Origin: Eledone cirrhosa
Taxonomy: Eukaryota
Reading direction: 5' to 3'
Length of the DNA stretch: 64,000 nucleotides
Assembly: GCA_964016885.1 (NCBI GenBank)
Contig: OZ024741.1
Span: 34,224,001-34,288,000 of the forward strand
The translations under genes were made by a program, and so were the position numbers. The notes beneath the pieces were generated by a model. It did no database searches. It had not been told where the DNA came from and saw nothing but the letters and a program-made list of their open reading frames with translations. Below, one piece after another: positions 62,422 to 64,000 of this stretch. Positions within the stretch are counted from its first letter, which is position 1. The number at the start of each line of letters is the position of its first letter.

Positions 62422-62455
62422 CAGTAGTAATAGCAGTAGTAGTAGTAGTAGTAGC

Positions 62456-62487
<32 letters not shown>

Positions 62488-62760
62488 CAGCAGTAGCAGT
62501 AGTAAAATGTGGGAGACTGATAAAAACCTTCATTCATTTATTTATTCTTCCTCAGCAGCAGCAAAAGTAGTAGTAGTAGTAGCAGCAACAGCAGTAGTAG
62601 TATTGGTAGTAGCAGCAGTAGTAGTGGTGGTGCCGGTAGTAGTAGTAGTGGTAGCAGTAGTAGCAGCAACAACAGTAGTAGTGGTGGTGGTGGTGGTGCC
62701 GGTAGTGGTAGTAGTGGTGGTAGTAGCAGCAGTAGTAGTGTTAGTAGTTGTAGTAGCCAG
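62345..62760. repeat. (GTA/GCA)n triplet tracts
   Basis: Low-complexity triplets. Confidence 0.92.
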
Positions 62761-62849
62761 TCCAAGGCTGATACCATACTACAGTATATATACCACTACA
62801 CCACAACACCAACAGCACCAAGGCTGCCTGCTACACTTCATACCGCACA

Positions 62850-64000
62850 TACACACCAAACACACTACACCACACACCACACACACATACACACCACACA
62901 CCAAACACACTAAACTACACACCACACACCAAACACACTACACCACACACGTACACACCACACACCACACACACATACACACCACACACCAAACACACTA
63001 AACTACACACCACACACCAAACACACTACACCACACACGTACACACCACACACCACACACCACACACACATACACACCACACACCAAACACACTAAACTA
63101 CACACCACACACCAAACACACTACACCACACACGTACACACCACACACCACACACACATACACACCACACACACTAAACTACACACCACACACCAAACAC
63201 ACTACACCACACACGTACACACCACACACCACACACACATACACACCACACACCAAACACACTAAACTACACACCACACACCAAACACACTACACCACAC
63301 ACGTACACACCACACACCACACACCACACACACATACACACCACACACCAAACACACTAAACTACACACCACACACCAAACACACTATACCACACACGTA
63401 CACACCACACACCACACACCACACACCACACACACATACACACCACACACACTAAACTACACACCACACACCAAACACACTACACCACACACGTACACAC
63501 CACACACCACACACACATACACACCACACACCAAACACACTAAACTACACACCACACACTAAACTACACAACACACACTACACCATACACACACTACACC
63601 ACACACACACTAAACTACACCACACACCACTACACCACACACCACTACACCACACACCACTACACCACACACCACACACTAAACTACACCACACACCACA
63701 CACTAAACTACACCACACACCACTACACCACACACCACTACACCACACACCACACACTAAACTACACCACACACCACACACACACTAAACTACACCACAC
63801 ACCACTACACCACACACCACACACCACACACTAAACTACACCACACTACACTACACACCACACACCACTACACCACACACCACTACACTACACCACTACA
63901 CCACACACCACTACACCACACACCACTACACTACACCACACACCACTACACTACACACCACACACCACACACCACTACACCACACACCACTACACTACAC
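62850..64000. repeat. CA-rich cryptic satellite, runs off the right edge
   Basis: CACACCAAACACACTAAACTACAC / CACACGTACAC units grading into (CACACCACTACAC)n. Confidence 0.94.

Noticed and set aside
59270-62777. Poly-L/S/V and RE-rich ORFs
   Set aside because: Simple-sequence artefacts.

Overview
Repeat-saturated animal genomic DNA. The SINE/LINE repertoire and (TA)n/(CA)n richness suggest an octopus, but that is inference. Only one credible host exon is visible: 27144-27604 (+), encoding the N-terminal region of an MRL-family adaptor (RAPH1/lamellipodin, APBB1IP/RIAM, pico), so most of the window is probably intron. The rest consists of large minisatellite arrays (51/50, 61, 22 and 21 bp units), five RTE-clade LINE fragments (the longer ones with a PHD-type zinc finger after the RT core), a CRE-clade LINE relic, many tRNA-derived SINEs, TTAA- and hAT-type MITEs, and a full-length DD37D (maT) Tc1/mariner element with an open transposase ORF nested in a TTAA MITE. 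The most striking unexplained pattern is at least six short fold-back palindromes sitting in dinucleotide microsatellites. Each has its symmetry axis at or just 5' of a minimal type-I hammerhead-ribozyme-like motif, as in Penelope-like pLTRs, giving head-to-head hammerhead pairs. Nearly all long ORFs in the supplied track are repeat artefacts. All alignments and folds were done by eye.
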